Of a stretch of DNA of 49,340 nt, positions 1 to 9,595 are shown in pieces. Within the stretch, counting starts at the first letter, position 1; every line of letters starts with the position of its first letter. The translations under genes were made by a program, and so were the position numbers. The notes under the pieces were generated by a model. The model ran no database searches. It had not been told where the DNA came from and saw only the letters and a list, made by a program, of their open reading frames with translations. This stretch comes from a bacterium (GTDB taxonomy: Bacteria; Patescibacteriota; Minisyncoccia; Phycocordibacterales; UBA5272): positions 1-49,340 of the forward strand of contig JAYVHM010000005.1 in the NCBI GenBank assembly GCA_043771335.1. Direction: 5' to 3'.

Positions 1-1049
1 TCTTCGCGCGCCACCATCTCCGCCTCACTCTCTCCATCCCAGCTTGGCATTATTTCTATCAGTTCCCCTGCTTCACTTTTTGTAAATAAGTTTTTTTCTT
101 TTCTTATTGTATTTTTTTTGATTGCGCTATTAGCTAGATTTAAAATGTTTCCTGTCGATCTGTAATTCTCTTCTAACAATATTACTTTTGCATTTTTAAA
201 ATCAGTTTCAAAATTCATAATATTTTTAAGATTAGCTCCACGCCAAGAATAAATATTTTGATCTGTATCTCCTACAACACAAATATTATTTGTATCTCTG
301 TTTATTAAAAGTTTGGATAATTCATATTGAGCTTCATTAGTATCTTGATACTCGTCTATGTGTATGTGCTTGAAAAAGTTTTGATATTTATTCCTAACCT
401 CCGCATTATCACGCAGTAATTCTACGCACTTTATTATCAAATCATCAAAATCAAAAGCAGATTGCTCACGTAAACTTTTTTCATAATATTCCCAAGCATT
501 ACAAGTTATCTCCATGCTATAATTCGCAACTTTCTTACGCATATCCTCTACTGTTTTAAAATCACCCTTTTCACGGCTGATAGCATTTCTGATTTTGCTT
601 GGCTCATAGATTTTTGTGTCTATGTCTTGTGCATCCAAATATCCTTTTATTATACTCTTACTGTCATCACTATCCAGTATCACAAAGTTTTTACTTAGAC
701 CTATCTTATCTGCTTCGCGACGTAGCATCCACATTCCCAGTGAGTGAAAAGTTTTTATAGTCGGCAAATTAAAATTGCCAGATGAGAATCTCTGCAGTGT
801 CTGCTCATCATACTCATCACAAATATTTTCCTCGCGCAGTCTCATCATTATCCTCTCTCTCATTTCTTTTGCTGCTTTGTTGGTAAAAGTAACACACAGA
901 ACATTACGTGGTTCTACTCCACGCTTCACAATGTTAACCACACGCTCAACTATTGTTTTGGTTTTCCCTGCTCCTGCACCTGCTAATATTAGCAGTGGAC
1001 CATCTATATATTTTGTAGCTTCTTCTTGCCTGTCATTTAATTTGAACAT
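1..1049 (-). CDS. UvrD/PcrA/Rep-family superfamily 1 DNA helicase, N-terminal part; the 3' end lies beyond position 1
   Basis: Absent from the ORF track because it runs off the window. My minus-strand translation from the ATG at 1047-1049 reads MFKLNDRQEEATKYIDGPLLILAGAGAGKTKTIVERV..CVTFTNKAAKEM (motifs I/Ia), ..HIHIDEYQDTNEAQY (motif II), ..VVGDTDQNIYSWRGA (motif III), ..LEENYRS (motif IV). Confidence 0.88.
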   Translation of the reverse strand, partial: MFKLNDRQEEATKYIDGPLLILAGAGAGKTKTIVERVVNIVKRGVEPRNVLCVTFTNKAAKEMRERIMMRLREENICDEYDEQTLQRFSSGNFNLPTIKTFHSLGMWMLRREADKIGLSKNFVILDSDDSKSIIKGYLDAQDIDTKIYEPSKIRNAISREKGDFKTVEDMRKKVANYSMEITCNAWEYYEKSLREQSAFDFDDLIIKCVELLRDNAEVRNKYQNFFKHIHIDEYQDTNEAQYELSKLLINRDTNNICVVGDTDQNIYSWRGANLKNIMNFETDFKNAKVILLEENYRSTGNILNLANSAIKKNTIRKEKNLFTKSEAGELIEIMPSWDGESEAEMVARE

Positions 1050-1121
1050 ATTTTCTTTTTACATTTTAACATGAAAAAGATTTTTAATTAAACTAAAATA
1101 AATCATAGTTAATTATTCACC

Positions 1122-3014
1122 CTATCCAAATATTTTATCCATAACATCACCTGCCACACCAACAATACCTGAGCCAACTTTATCTCCAAGATATGCCCCC
1201 TTATCATAAGCTCCAAGAGTCATATAATGTCTCCATTTTGCGCTCGTCACCCTCCTGTTCATTCTTCTTGCTTTCTTCATTAATTTCCTCTTTAACTTTT
1301 GCTCCTTGTCTGACATTTCTGGCATTTTCTCTATCAACTCTTTTACTTCTTTTATACTTGCTTTTGGATCTTCTAGTGAAGCTTTTACATTTATCTGATT
1401 ATGATAAGTTTGACCATTATTATACTTTACAAATGGCGTCCACAGATTATCCAGCAATCCTTTTAATTTTCGATTCTCGTCAAAACGCATTTTACCTTCA
1501 CCGTCTTTTCTATTTACCTCTCTTATATTTTCTTCTATCTTTTCTATTTCTTTTTCTGCCTCGTCTAATTTTGCTATTATTTCTTTTTCTGTAGCCACTC
1601 TCTCTTTGTCTAATTTTTCTTTTTGTATTTCTATTCTCCTCTTAGCTCTGTCTATTATACTAACAATCAGATCTCTTGTTGGTTGATTTTCTGGTATATC
1701 TTCTAGTCTGTCTAGGTTATTTTGTGCCTCTTTAAGGTTAACTATTTCGACGTCAATCATCACTTCAAACTCTTCTCTCTTATCTGGAGAATATTTTTTA
1801 CCTATTGATAACTTGTCATAATCCTCGCTCATGTTTTTTTCTATTGTTCTCAGGCGGTCAGATATGGCAACGGCATTAGATCTTTGATCTTTTGCACTAT
1901 ATTCTTTTTTATTTTCCAGCTTCTCTGTAGCCTTAACATAACAAGAAGTGGTATATACATACTTTGAATAAAAGTTATTCGCTCTCCTGATCTGCTCTTC
2001 TGTTGGATTTGCTCCTAATGCGTCTGTTATCTTATCTCTCTCTACTCCAACATCCTTCATCTTATTGTAAATTTCTGATAAGTCAAAAATTAATTTAGAT
2101 TTTAATTCATCTTTTACTTTCCCTCCCCCATCTATTTCTTTTACTATTTCTGAATTAATTTTGGCAATATCTAAAAGAGTCTTGTCTAATTCTGCATCTA
2201 ACTTTTTAAATTTCTCCATACTCTCGTCCACTGGCTTATCCAAAGATTTTTGTATTTTTGAAAGTATAGACTCAGGATTCTCTTCTTCTATTTTTGTTCT
2301 TATTTCTAATATTCTGCTCAAGCTGACGCTTTGTACATTGTCTGATTCATCTATTTTATTTTTACCAGTTACATTCAAAAGATTGTCTAGCTCTGAAATA
2401 TGTATCAAATAATTATTTACATTTTTACTTACCTTTTCTTCATATTGTATTTTCTCAACGTCACTTATTTTTATAGCATTTTTTTTTCTACTTTCTAGAT
2501 CTGTATAGACTGAGATGAGTGACGAATAGACACTACTAAGATCATTGTTTATCTTCTTTATTTTCTCTCTATTTCTTTCGTTTATTTTTTCTGGACTCTT
2601 GTCTTCTATGTCTTTCATCTCGTCAGCAAAAGAAATTCTAAAATCTCTTTCTGTATTACTGATAGCATCTATTATTTTCTTTTTTAATTCTATCAATTTT
2701 TTCTTTTCTGCTTTCTTTTCTTTTTCACCTTGAACATTAGTATCTATGTCGCTCTCAGTTGGTAACGCATCGTAAAAATTTTTTAGCTCATCCCTGTAAC
2801 CTTTTACTTCGTCTCGCAACTCCTCTTTTGCATTTTCATTACCATTAGCAACATTACTTCTTAATGTAGTTAGGGATAGATTGCATTTGTGTTGTATAGA
2901 ATTACGAAGTATTGTAAAGTCATTCTTAAGAGAATCTATACTTCTAAAACTCTCTTTATTACTGTCTGGAGTTGGTGGGTTAACTTCTAATGATTTTGGA
3001 GTTTCTGTTATCAT
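1122..3014 (-). CDS. Hypothetical 630-aa Lys/Glu-rich coiled-coil protein
   Basis: Long uninterrupted ORF. Composition is strongly K/E/I/N-rich and heptad-like throughout. No enzymatic motif recognised and no TM segment. It lies 13 nt downstream of the 82-aa ORF on the same strand. Confidence 0.7.
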   Translation of the reverse strand: MITETPKSLEVNPPTPDSNKESFRSIDSLKNDFTILRNSIQHKCNLSLTTLRSNVANGNENAKEELRDEVKGYRDELKNFYDALPTESDIDTNVQGEKEKKAEKKKLIELKKKIIDAISNTERDFRISFADEMKDIEDKSPEKINERNREKIKKINNDLSSVYSSLISVYTDLESRKKNAIKISDVEKIQYEEKVSKNVNNYLIHISELDNLLNVTGKNKIDESDNVQSVSLSRILEIRTKIEEENPESILSKIQKSLDKPVDESMEKFKKLDAELDKTLLDIAKINSEIVKEIDGGGKVKDELKSKLIFDLSEIYNKMKDVGVERDKITDALGANPTEEQIRRANNFYSKYVYTTSCYVKATEKLENKKEYSAKDQRSNAVAISDRLRTIEKNMSEDYDKLSIGKKYSPDKREEFEVMIDVEIVNLKEAQNNLDRLEDIPENQPTRDLIVSIIDRAKRRIEIQKEKLDKERVATEKEIIAKLDEAEKEIEKIEENIREVNRKDGEGKMRFDENRKLKGLLDNLWTPFVKYNNGQTYHNQINVKASLEDPKASIKEVKELIEKMPEMSDKEQKLKRKLMKKARRMNRRVTSAKWRHYMTLGAYDKGAYLGDKVGSGIVGVAGDVMDKIFG

Positions 3015-3027
3015 ATTTCTTAATTAA

Positions 3028-3276
3028 TTATATCACGTTATTTTCTAGCTCACTATGTTGTATATATAACTCTTCAAAAACTTTTCCTATTTCAACGTTA
3101 TCAAAATTAATATCTGGATTCTCTTTTATTACTTGTTTTAAAAATTCACCCAGATTACGCATTTGATTTATCTCTACGTCTTTTGGTATGCTCTCCAAAG
3201 AGAAAAACTCTAAAAAAGTCATCTTGTAAAAATTCTTTTCAAAAAGTACCTTTTCATCTATTTTAAATAATTTCAT
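3028..3276 (-). CDS. Hypothetical small acidic protein (82 aa)
   Basis: ORF packed between two giant coiled-coil genes, 3 nt from the upstream one and 13 nt from the downstream one. Acidic composition. No recognisable motif. Confidence 0.55.
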   Translation of the reverse strand: MKLFKIDEKVLFEKNFYKMTFLEFFSLESIPKDVEINQMRNLGEFLKQVIKENPDINFDNVEIGKVFEELYIQHSELENNVI

Positions 3277-3279
3277 ATT

Positions 3280-6216
3280 TTATGCAGTTTTAATCATAAA
3301 TGGATTATACTCAAAATGGTATTTTGCCTGTCCATAATTATTAATGGCATAATTATCTGCTTTAGATTCTGGGCCATTATTCATTATGTCACCCGCAGAA
3401 GACAACATCTCTTGCTTCACTCCGGACTTTAGATTCACGGTCATACTCTTAGCATCAAATGCGTAGAATTTATTTTCAGCAATAGATATAGCCTCTAACA
3501 TCTTTGACATGTCTAGGCTCGCGAGCTTAGTATCTACATTTACTTTCACTCCATAATCTTTATATGTTTTTTGTATTATTTTCATATAATTATCAAAAGA
3601 GTCTTCATTAATCTCTCTATTTAGATTTGCATATTTGGATAACATATCACCTAGACTAGACTCAGCACTTAGTCCCACCTTATTATTACCTGACTGATAT
3701 CTCCATAATTGATGTAAGCAGGCAGTAGCTGCATCCTGCAGAGAATTAAATCCTAGGAAGGATTTACTCTCAGCACTTTTCAAATTACAAAAATTATTTC
3801 TCCTCTCTACGCTTTTTGATATTGGATTTGCTATGTATTCTATACCATCTTTATTTACTCCTTCTATTCCATAATCGGCTAATTTATATACCGTTCCCTT
3901 TTCTGTTCTCTTAACCTCAACTGATTTATTGTCAGCTCCCGCTAAACTAGAAAAGTCTACAGAGGATTTTACTGGTGCAGTATTCAAAGATTGAGCTTCT
4001 GGTTTTGGGCTGACACTTGCCTTATTAGTCCATTCTAATTTTTTTGCAGGTTCTTGTGGCTTAGCTTCTAATTTTGCTTCAGATTTTGGAGTTTCTGTTT
4101 TTTGTTCTGGTTTTGCTGTGTTTTTTTCTATTTTTGCAGGCGATGTTACTTGGCTTTCTGGAGTAGCTTCTTTTGTTAAAAGATTTTCCGCAGCATCCAT
4201 TTTAGATTTTTCATAACCTTTATTATACGAATCAACAACAATCTCTTCCGCTTTCTTTGTGGCAGCTTCTGCATCTTTTATTTTCTCTGCATTAAAATTT
4301 GCAATTAAGGTCTCTGTGGTTTTTTCTGATCCGATCTTTTCCCCGTACACATAACCTCCACCAGCAGCCATGAGTCCAGCAAAGACAGCAGTTAAGATAG
4401 CGCTACGTAATCCAACCTTCCCTGTCTTCTCTTCTAATCTTTTTGTATTAGGTCTAATGTAAGTAGGTGTAGCAGGCGCATGAGAGGCTGGTGCAGTATT
4501 GGTATTATTTGTGGCTAGCTTTATTTCTTTTTTTAATTTTAGTTTTTCGATTATCTCATCGAGATTAATAGGTTGTATCTTTGGAGCGATATCAGTTACT
4601 TGTGGTGTTCTTGGAGCAGACTGATTTATCGGCACTGTTGCTATTAAGTTTTTATTCTTCTCAGTCTCGAGAGCTGCTTGTATTCTTATTAGGTCTTCCT
4701 CTTTTTTTCTTATCTCCTCATTCTTTCTATTCATTTCATCTTCAAAACTTGCTCTTAGAGCATTTATCTTCTCGTCTAATTTTAACTTCTCTTCTATCAT
4801 CGCTTTTTCTGATTCTTGATTTGCTTTTTCAAGATCTTTTTGATCTTGCAGTCTTGTCATCTCTGCAGTCATCCATATGTCACCCTCGTTAAATTTAGGT
4901 TTTGTTATTCTTGGAGATTTTAGCTTTGAAGTAGCTGCTGCATCTTCTGGCAATACCTCGACAACTGGCGCGTCTGATATTATTGGTGTTGAAGCTTGGT
5001 CTGGTTCTAACTCCTCCTCGATTTTACTTGTAGGATTTTTATCTGGAGCAAAGCCTGCGGCTTTCTTTCTGTTGTAATCAGCTATCTCTTCTGATACATA
5101 ATTTTGTTTTGAATATTTCCAGTCCATATAAGCATCATCTACATCTATTGGTATTTTTTTATCTGCTTTACTTGAAGAAAAAGCTTTGCCTACTTTTTTC
5201 TTAGGGTTCAATTTTTCCTTTATCAACTCCTCTCTTTTTCTATTCACAAGAAAATCAAAACTAGCACCGACTCTTCCGTCCGTGTTTTTTATTCTGCCTT
5301 GTGTCATGTCATGATAAAAATCATCAACATTTTTTAGTTTTATATTTTTTGATTCTGCTATATCTCTTAACTTATCTTGCTCTAATGCTACATAATAATC
5401 TAATTCTTCTACCGACTTAACTTCTAAGAGTTTTACTTTTAAATCACTAACTATTTTATTTCTTATCTCCTCTGCTTCTGTTGCTGAGATAAATCCTACA
5501 CCATCTTTTCTTTTATTGTCTTCTTGTTTTTGTTCTGGTTTTAATTTTTTGTCTTCTTTTATGATCTTATTTGCAGCAGAGGCAGTCATTTCGCCTATAG
5601 CTCTAGATGCTTTTACTACTTCCTCCTCATACTTTTTCAAATCTTTCTCTGCTTGGTCTAACTTTTCTAAAAAATTACTTTTATCAAAAGAGGTAGCGTC
5701 CAGCTCACTACGTAATCTCTTTATCTCTTCTCTGTTTCTCTGCATTATGTTTTCAGAATCCATGATCTCTCTCAACAGTCTATTATTAGCTTCTAAAGCT
5801 ATTACTCGTCCCAGTTCTGTTTTTTGGTTTTTCTTTTCCAGAGATTTTAAATCTTCTTCTATTTGTCTTGATCTTGGACGCATTTCAGAACCAACACGGA
5901 CTACAAAATTAGGAATTATTTTATTCGCCCTAGGTAGTGAAGAAGGTTTATTTAATTCTTTTTCTCTTTTCTCTAAAAAAGAAGAAACTTTTTTTGTGTC
6001 ATAAAAAACATCATCATCTCCAGTAACTTCATTTTTCTCAACAGTTACTCCTGTCTTTACACCTTCTAACTTGTTATACTTTGTGATTCTGTCTAAAATC
6101 CTTACGTTCCCCTCATCAAAATCTTTAAAAGAACCTTCATTTAGCTTTACAGACATGTTACGTAACTGATCATGTATGCTAGGCTTACTTAAAAATGTGG
6201 GACTAGATGGATTCAT
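3280..6216 (-). CDS. Hypothetical ~978-aa membrane-spanning coiled-coil protein with a Pro/Glu/Lys-rich spacer and a C-terminal globular domain
   Basis: Long ORF. The likely start is the ATG at 6214-6216 (MNPSSPTFL...) rather than the track start at 6267. The N-terminal ~620 aa are K/E-rich coiled coil. There is one hydrophobic segment (LRSAILTAVFAGLMAAGGGYVYG), then a TolA/TonB-like PEQKTETPKSEAKLEAKPQEPAKK spacer, then a ~230-aa non-repetitive C-terminal domain. Confidence 0.75.
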   Translation of the reverse strand: MNPSSPTFLSKPSIHDQLRNMSVKLNEGSFKDFDEGNVRILDRITKYNKLEGVKTGVTVEKNEVTGDDDVFYDTKKVSSFLEKREKELNKPSSLPRANKIIPNFVVRVGSEMRPRSRQIEEDLKSLEKKNQKTELGRVIALEANNRLLREIMDSENIMQRNREEIKRLRSELDATSFDKSNFLEKLDQAEKDLKKYEEEVVKASRAIGEMTASAANKIIKEDKKLKPEQKQEDNKRKDGVGFISATEAEEIRNKIVSDLKVKLLEVKSVEELDYYVALEQDKLRDIAESKNIKLKNVDDFYHDMTQGRIKNTDGRVGASFDFLVNRKREELIKEKLNPKKKVGKAFSSSKADKKIPIDVDDAYMDWKYSKQNYVSEEIADYNRKKAAGFAPDKNPTSKIEEELEPDQASTPIISDAPVVEVLPEDAAATSKLKSPRITKPKFNEGDIWMTAEMTRLQDQKDLEKANQESEKAMIEEKLKLDEKINALRASFEDEMNRKNEEIRKKEEDLIRIQAALETEKNKNLIATVPINQSAPRTPQVTDIAPKIQPINLDEIIEKLKLKKEIKLATNNTNTAPASHAPATPTYIRPNTKRLEEKTGKVGLRSAILTAVFAGLMAAGGGYVYGEKIGSEKTTETLIANFNAEKIKDAEAATKKAEEIVVDSYNKGYEKSKMDAAENLLTKEATPESQVTSPAKIEKNTAKPEQKTETPKSEAKLEAKPQEPAKKLEWTNKASVSPKPEAQSLNTAPVKSSVDFSSLAGADNKSVEVKRTEKGTVYKLADYGIEGVNKDGIEYIANPISKSVERRNNFCNLKSAESKSFLGFNSLQDAATACLHQLWRYQSGNNKVGLSAESSLGDMLSKYANLNREINEDSFDNYMKIIQKTYKDYGVKVNVDTKLASLDMSKMLEAISIAENKFYAFDAKSMTVNLKSGVKQEMLSSAGDIMNNGPESKADNYAINNYGQAKYHFEYNPFMIKTA

Positions 6217-6290
6217 ATATTCAATTATACAATACAAAGACAAATATAACACTTGCTTTATGCACAAATACTTGTTAGTATGAATATCTG

Positions 6291-7346
6291 ATGAAGAAAA
6301 AGTTAAAAACGCTTTCTATTCTTGTTTTATTTGTAATAACATACAATACAGCAAGCGCAAATATATTCCAGGATACAGTATCTAAAATAAGCTTTAAGAT
6401 AAAAGGCTTATTCTCTGAAGAGCAAAAAATAGAAAAGCTGTCAATTCTAAGTTTTGATGAAGATGAGCCAATATTAAAAGCAAAATACAATACTGACATA
6501 GTTGACGGTAACGCAAAAGAAAAACTACAAAAACAAAATATACAAAATAGTAATGAAAATGTATTGCAGGCTGAAGTCGGACCGATGAGAACATCTACCG
6601 ATGAAGAGCTGGTTGATGGTGACAACATACAAGTCTATGAAGTAAAAGAAGGAGACACCTTATCTAGTGTTGCAAAAATCTATGGAGTATCCAAAAACAC
6701 AATCGCCTGGGCTAATGAAATTAAAAATGGTAAAGCAAAAGTTGGAGACATACTAATTATACTCCCCATCTCAGGTGTAAAGCATACTATTAAAAAAGGA
6801 GACACATTGAAAAGTGTCTCAAAAAAATATGCAGCTGACATATTAGAAGTGTCTGACTTTAATGGATTAAAAGATGGTGATGAGTTAGTCGTGGGTGAAG
6901 ATATTATAATTCCTGATGGCAAGTTAGACTTTGATGCTCCAGTAGTGAACAACAAAAAACCAGACACAAAAAAGAAAAAGAGAATCTATGCTTCAGCTGG
7001 TATTGGATATTTTGCTAGACCTATAGTTGGTGGTGTAAAGACGCAAGGACTACATGGACATAACGGTGTTGATATCGGTGCTCCAGTAGGCACTCCACTA
7101 CTAGCTGCGTCTAACGGTACAGTACTGGTCGCTAAAAATACTGGCTACAATGGTGGTTATGGTAAGATGGTAATTATAAGTCATCCAAATGGAACTCAGA
7201 CCGTATATGGCCATATGAATAATGTGTATGTTAGCACAGGACAAAATGTAACACAGGGAGAACAAATAGGTGAGAGTGGTAACAGCGGTAAATCAACAGG
7301 ACCACATCTACACTTTGAAATCCGTGGCGCTAAGAATCCATTCTAG
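6291..7346 (+). CDS. Secreted LysM-domain peptidoglycan endopeptidase, peptidase M23 family
   Basis: N-terminal signal-like segment. Two LysM-like repeats (YEVKEGDTLSSVAKIYGVSKNTIAWAN; HTIKKGDTLKSVSKKYAADILEVSDFN). M23 motifs are present: HGHNGVDIGAPVGTP and GNSGKSTGPHLHFEIR. Confidence 0.9.
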   Translation: MKKKLKTLSILVLFVITYNTASANIFQDTVSKISFKIKGLFSEEQKIEKLSILSFDEDEPILKAKYNTDIVDGNAKEKLQKQNIQNSNENVLQAEVGPMRTSTDEELVDGDNIQVYEVKEGDTLSSVAKIYGVSKNTIAWANEIKNGKAKVGDILIILPISGVKHTIKKGDTLKSVSKKYAADILEVSDFNGLKDGDELVVGEDIIIPDGKLDFDAPVVNNKKPDTKKKKRIYASAGIGYFARPIVGGVKTQGLHGHNGVDIGAPVGTPLLAASNGTVLVAKNTGYNGGYGKMVIISHPNGTQTVYGHMNNVYVSTGQNVTQGEQIGESGNSGKSTGPHLHFEIRGAKNPF

Positions 7347-7404
7347 GATTTGATTAATGCTTAGAAATTGATGACCTCTCTTGTTTCCATATTACAAACA
7401 CAAC

Positions 7405-7435
7405 AAAAAACACTATATTTCTATAGTGTTTTTTG
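7405..7435. terminator. Bidirectional intrinsic terminator between the convergent M23 peptidase gene and rplO
   Basis: Stem aacactata (7409-7417) pairs with tatagtgtt (7422-7430) around loop tttc. An A-run flanks it on the 5' side and a T-run on the 3' side. Confidence 0.6.
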
Positions 7436-7461
7436 TTAATATTTCTATTATTTGTTTTGGT

Positions 7462-7878
7462 TTATTTAACCGCTTCTTCAGAAACTTTTGAGAACTTTAC
7501 GCTTTCAAATATTAATTTCTTTTCTAATTTTCCTGTTCCTAAGATTTTTACTTTTGGTATACGTCCTAGTCTCATTTGTATTAGACCCATAGCAACTAGT
7601 GTTGTAGGCGATACGACAGAGCCATTTTCAAATACATTAAGGTCAACTAAGTTAACTGGTATGTAATTTTCTCTAAAGGCTTTGTTCATATTCACTCCAC
7701 GTCCGCGAAGCTTTGGTATTTTCTTGATTACATCACGAAGCGCTGGACGACGTTTGTTACCTGCTCTCGCAGTTTGTCCTTTGCCTCCACGTCCTGATGT
7801 TTTTCCTCTTGTTCCACCACGACCTACTTGGCGTGATTTCTTATTTGGGTTTTCTCTTACTATTTCATTTATTTGCAT
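7462..7878 (-). CDS. rplO: 50S ribosomal protein L15
   Basis: Gly/Arg-rich N-terminus typical of L15: RQVGRGGTRGKTSGRGGKGQTARAG. Sits immediately downstream of rpsE. Confidence 0.95.
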   Translation of the reverse strand: MQINEIVRENPNKKSRQVGRGGTRGKTSGRGGKGQTARAGNKRRPALRDVIKKIPKLRGRGVNMNKAFRENYIPVNLVDLNVFENGSVVSPTTLVAMGLIQMRLGRIPKVKILGTGKLEKKLIFESVKFSKVSEEAVK

Positions 7879-7912
7879 ATATTCTTTTTAATTAATGTTT
7901 TCGTGTTAGAGA

Positions 7913-8656
7913 TTATGCGCGAGATGACACTTCGGCTAATGCCTTCATGGTTGCTCTTGCATTGTTAAGTTTATTTTTTGTACCACCATGGAACTTTGCA
8001 GTTACATTTTGTAATCCTGCTAAGTTCAAGATAACACGCGCTGATGATCCGGCAATTAGTCCCTTACCTTTGTTAGGTGAGATCCAAACTTCTGAACTGT
8101 CATATTTTGCACTAACTTCATGCTTGATAGTTTTTTTATCATCAAGGTTAAACTTGACCATATTCTTTCTAGCTGATTTTAAGGCTTTTTCCATAGCTGC
8201 TTGTGTATCCATAGCTTTTCCAGTACCAAGTCCAACACGACCATTACGGTCACCAGCTATCATAGTAACATGGAGTGAGAATCTTCTACCTCCTGATACT
8301 ACACGAGTCACACGACGCACATCGATAGCCTTAGAGTCGAACTCAGGCTTCTCACGTGGTGGTCTCGCTGGGCGTCCTCCACGTTGTCCACCTCTTGGAG
8401 CTGGACGAGCTGTACCTGGACCACGAGATGTAGAGTTAGCGTATTTACTTACTCTTGGGGCTATGGTCTCAGTTGATGCTACTACTTCTGGTGTTCCTGC
8501 TGGAGCTTGCACTTCTTCTGCTTGCACAGTTTCTGTTACAGCTTCTTCAGCTACAGTTTCAGTTGAAGCTTCTGTATTAGTTTCAGATGGAGTAACTTCT
8601 GCTACTACCTCTTCTGCTACTACTTCTGCTTCTGTGTTTATTATTTCGTCATTCAT
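7913..8656 (-). CDS. rpsE: 30S ribosomal protein S5 with a ~104-aa N-terminal low-complexity extension
   Basis: Conserved S5 core: IDVRRVTRVVSGGRRFSLHVTMIAGDRNGRVGLGTGKA...AGLQNV. It is preceded by an E/T/A/V-rich acidic tract and then an R/G/P-rich tract. Confidence 0.95.
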   Translation of the reverse strand: MNDEIINTEAEVVAEEVVAEVTPSETNTEASTETVAEEAVTETVQAEEVQAPAGTPEVVASTETIAPRVSKYANSTSRGPGTARPAPRGGQRGGRPARPPREKPEFDSKAIDVRRVTRVVSGGRRFSLHVTMIAGDRNGRVGLGTGKAMDTQAAMEKALKSARKNMVKFNLDDKKTIKHEVSAKYDSSEVWISPNKGKGLIAGSSARVILNLAGLQNVTAKFHGGTKNKLNNARATMKALAEVSSRA

Positions 8657-8674
8657 ATAATTATATTTTTAGAA

Positions 8675-9031
8675 TTAGAAGATTAAGCCCGATTCGCGAG
8701 CTGCGTCTGCTAATGCTTTTACACGACCTCCGTATTTAAATCCTGCTCTATCAAATACAACAGTAGTTATTCCGGCTTTTTTTGCTTTCGCTGCAATATC
8801 TTTTCCAACATTTATTGCACATTCCATCTTTGTCATTTTACTTTCTTTCATATCATTTGATGAACATACAGTTGTAGCTGTATCGTCATTTATGATTTGA
8901 GCATAAGTATACATGTTTGATTTGAATACACATAATCTTGGCTTGTCTTGTGTTCCAGATACTTGGGTACGAATCTTTTTATGGAGACGTAATCTTTTTT
9001 CAGCTTTTACACTTTTTATTTTTTTTATCAT
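8675..9031 (-). CDS. rplR: 50S ribosomal protein L18
   Basis: Contains KPRLCVFKSNMYTYAQIINDD...VVFDRAGFKYGGRVKALADAARESGL. Sits in the canonical L6-L18-S5 order. Confidence 0.95.
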   Translation of the reverse strand: MIKKIKSVKAEKRLRLHKKIRTQVSGTQDKPRLCVFKSNMYTYAQIINDDTATTVCSSNDMKESKMTKMECAINVGKDIAAKAKKAGITTVVFDRAGFKYGGRVKALADAARESGLIF

Positions 9032-9053
9032 ATATTTATTTTGTGTTTAATTA

Positions 9054-9587
9054 TTATGCTGATTTTTTACCTTCTTTACGACGGACGACCTCTCCCGCGT
9101 ATCTGATACCCTTACCTTTATATGGTTCTGGTTTCTTGTTTTTCTTTACTTGCATAGCAAATAAAGTTACAAGCTCCTTATCAATACCAGTGATTGTCAG
9201 CTCTGACTTTGCAGCCTCAACTGTTAACCCTTTTGGTATGTTAAGAGTAACTGGGTGTGAGAATCCTAGTGACATGTGAAGGATATCGCCCTTAACTTCC
9301 CACTTGAATCCTACTCCTTCTACTATTAACTTTTTGACAAATGGAGTTACTACTCCAGAAATCATGGCTTTGATTAATGACATGTATGTTCCCCAAAGTG
9401 ACTTTGAGAATTTATCATTACGTCTTGGCTCTGATGTTAATTTTCCATCTTCAAACTTTAACACAACCTCCTCACGGACTGGTCTTGTTAATTCTCCTTT
9501 TGGACCTTTTACAGTTACCGAGTTGTTTGTTATTAAAACTTCAACTCCTGCTGGTACTGTTATGATTTGTTTTCCTACTCTACTCAT
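9054..9587 (-). CDS. rplF: 50S ribosomal protein L6
   Basis: Starts MSRVGKQIITVPAGVEV...VTVKGPKGEL and contains KGKGIRYAGE. Sits in the canonical S8-L6-L18 order. Confidence 0.95.
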   Translation of the reverse strand: MSRVGKQIITVPAGVEVLITNNSVTVKGPKGELTRPVREEVVLKFEDGKLTSEPRRNDKFSKSLWGTYMSLIKAMISGVVTPFVKKLIVEGVGFKWEVKGDILHMSLGFSHPVTLNIPKGLTVEAAKSELTITGIDKELVTLFAMQVKKNKKPEPYKGKGIRYAGEVVRRKEGKKSA

Positions 9588-9595
9588 ATATTTGT

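Noticed and set aside
775-1074. 99-aa plus-strand ORF from the track
   Set aside because: It lies antisense within the clearly recognisable UvrD/PcrA helicase gene (minus strand, 1-1049). Its translation is low-complexity Ser/Leu/Ile with no SD.
7947-8660. 237-aa plus-strand ORF, long enough to look real
   Set aside because: It is exactly antisense to rpsE, whose minus-strand translation has the conserved S5 core. The long antisense frame is a by-product of the GC-rich, stop-poor low-complexity region.
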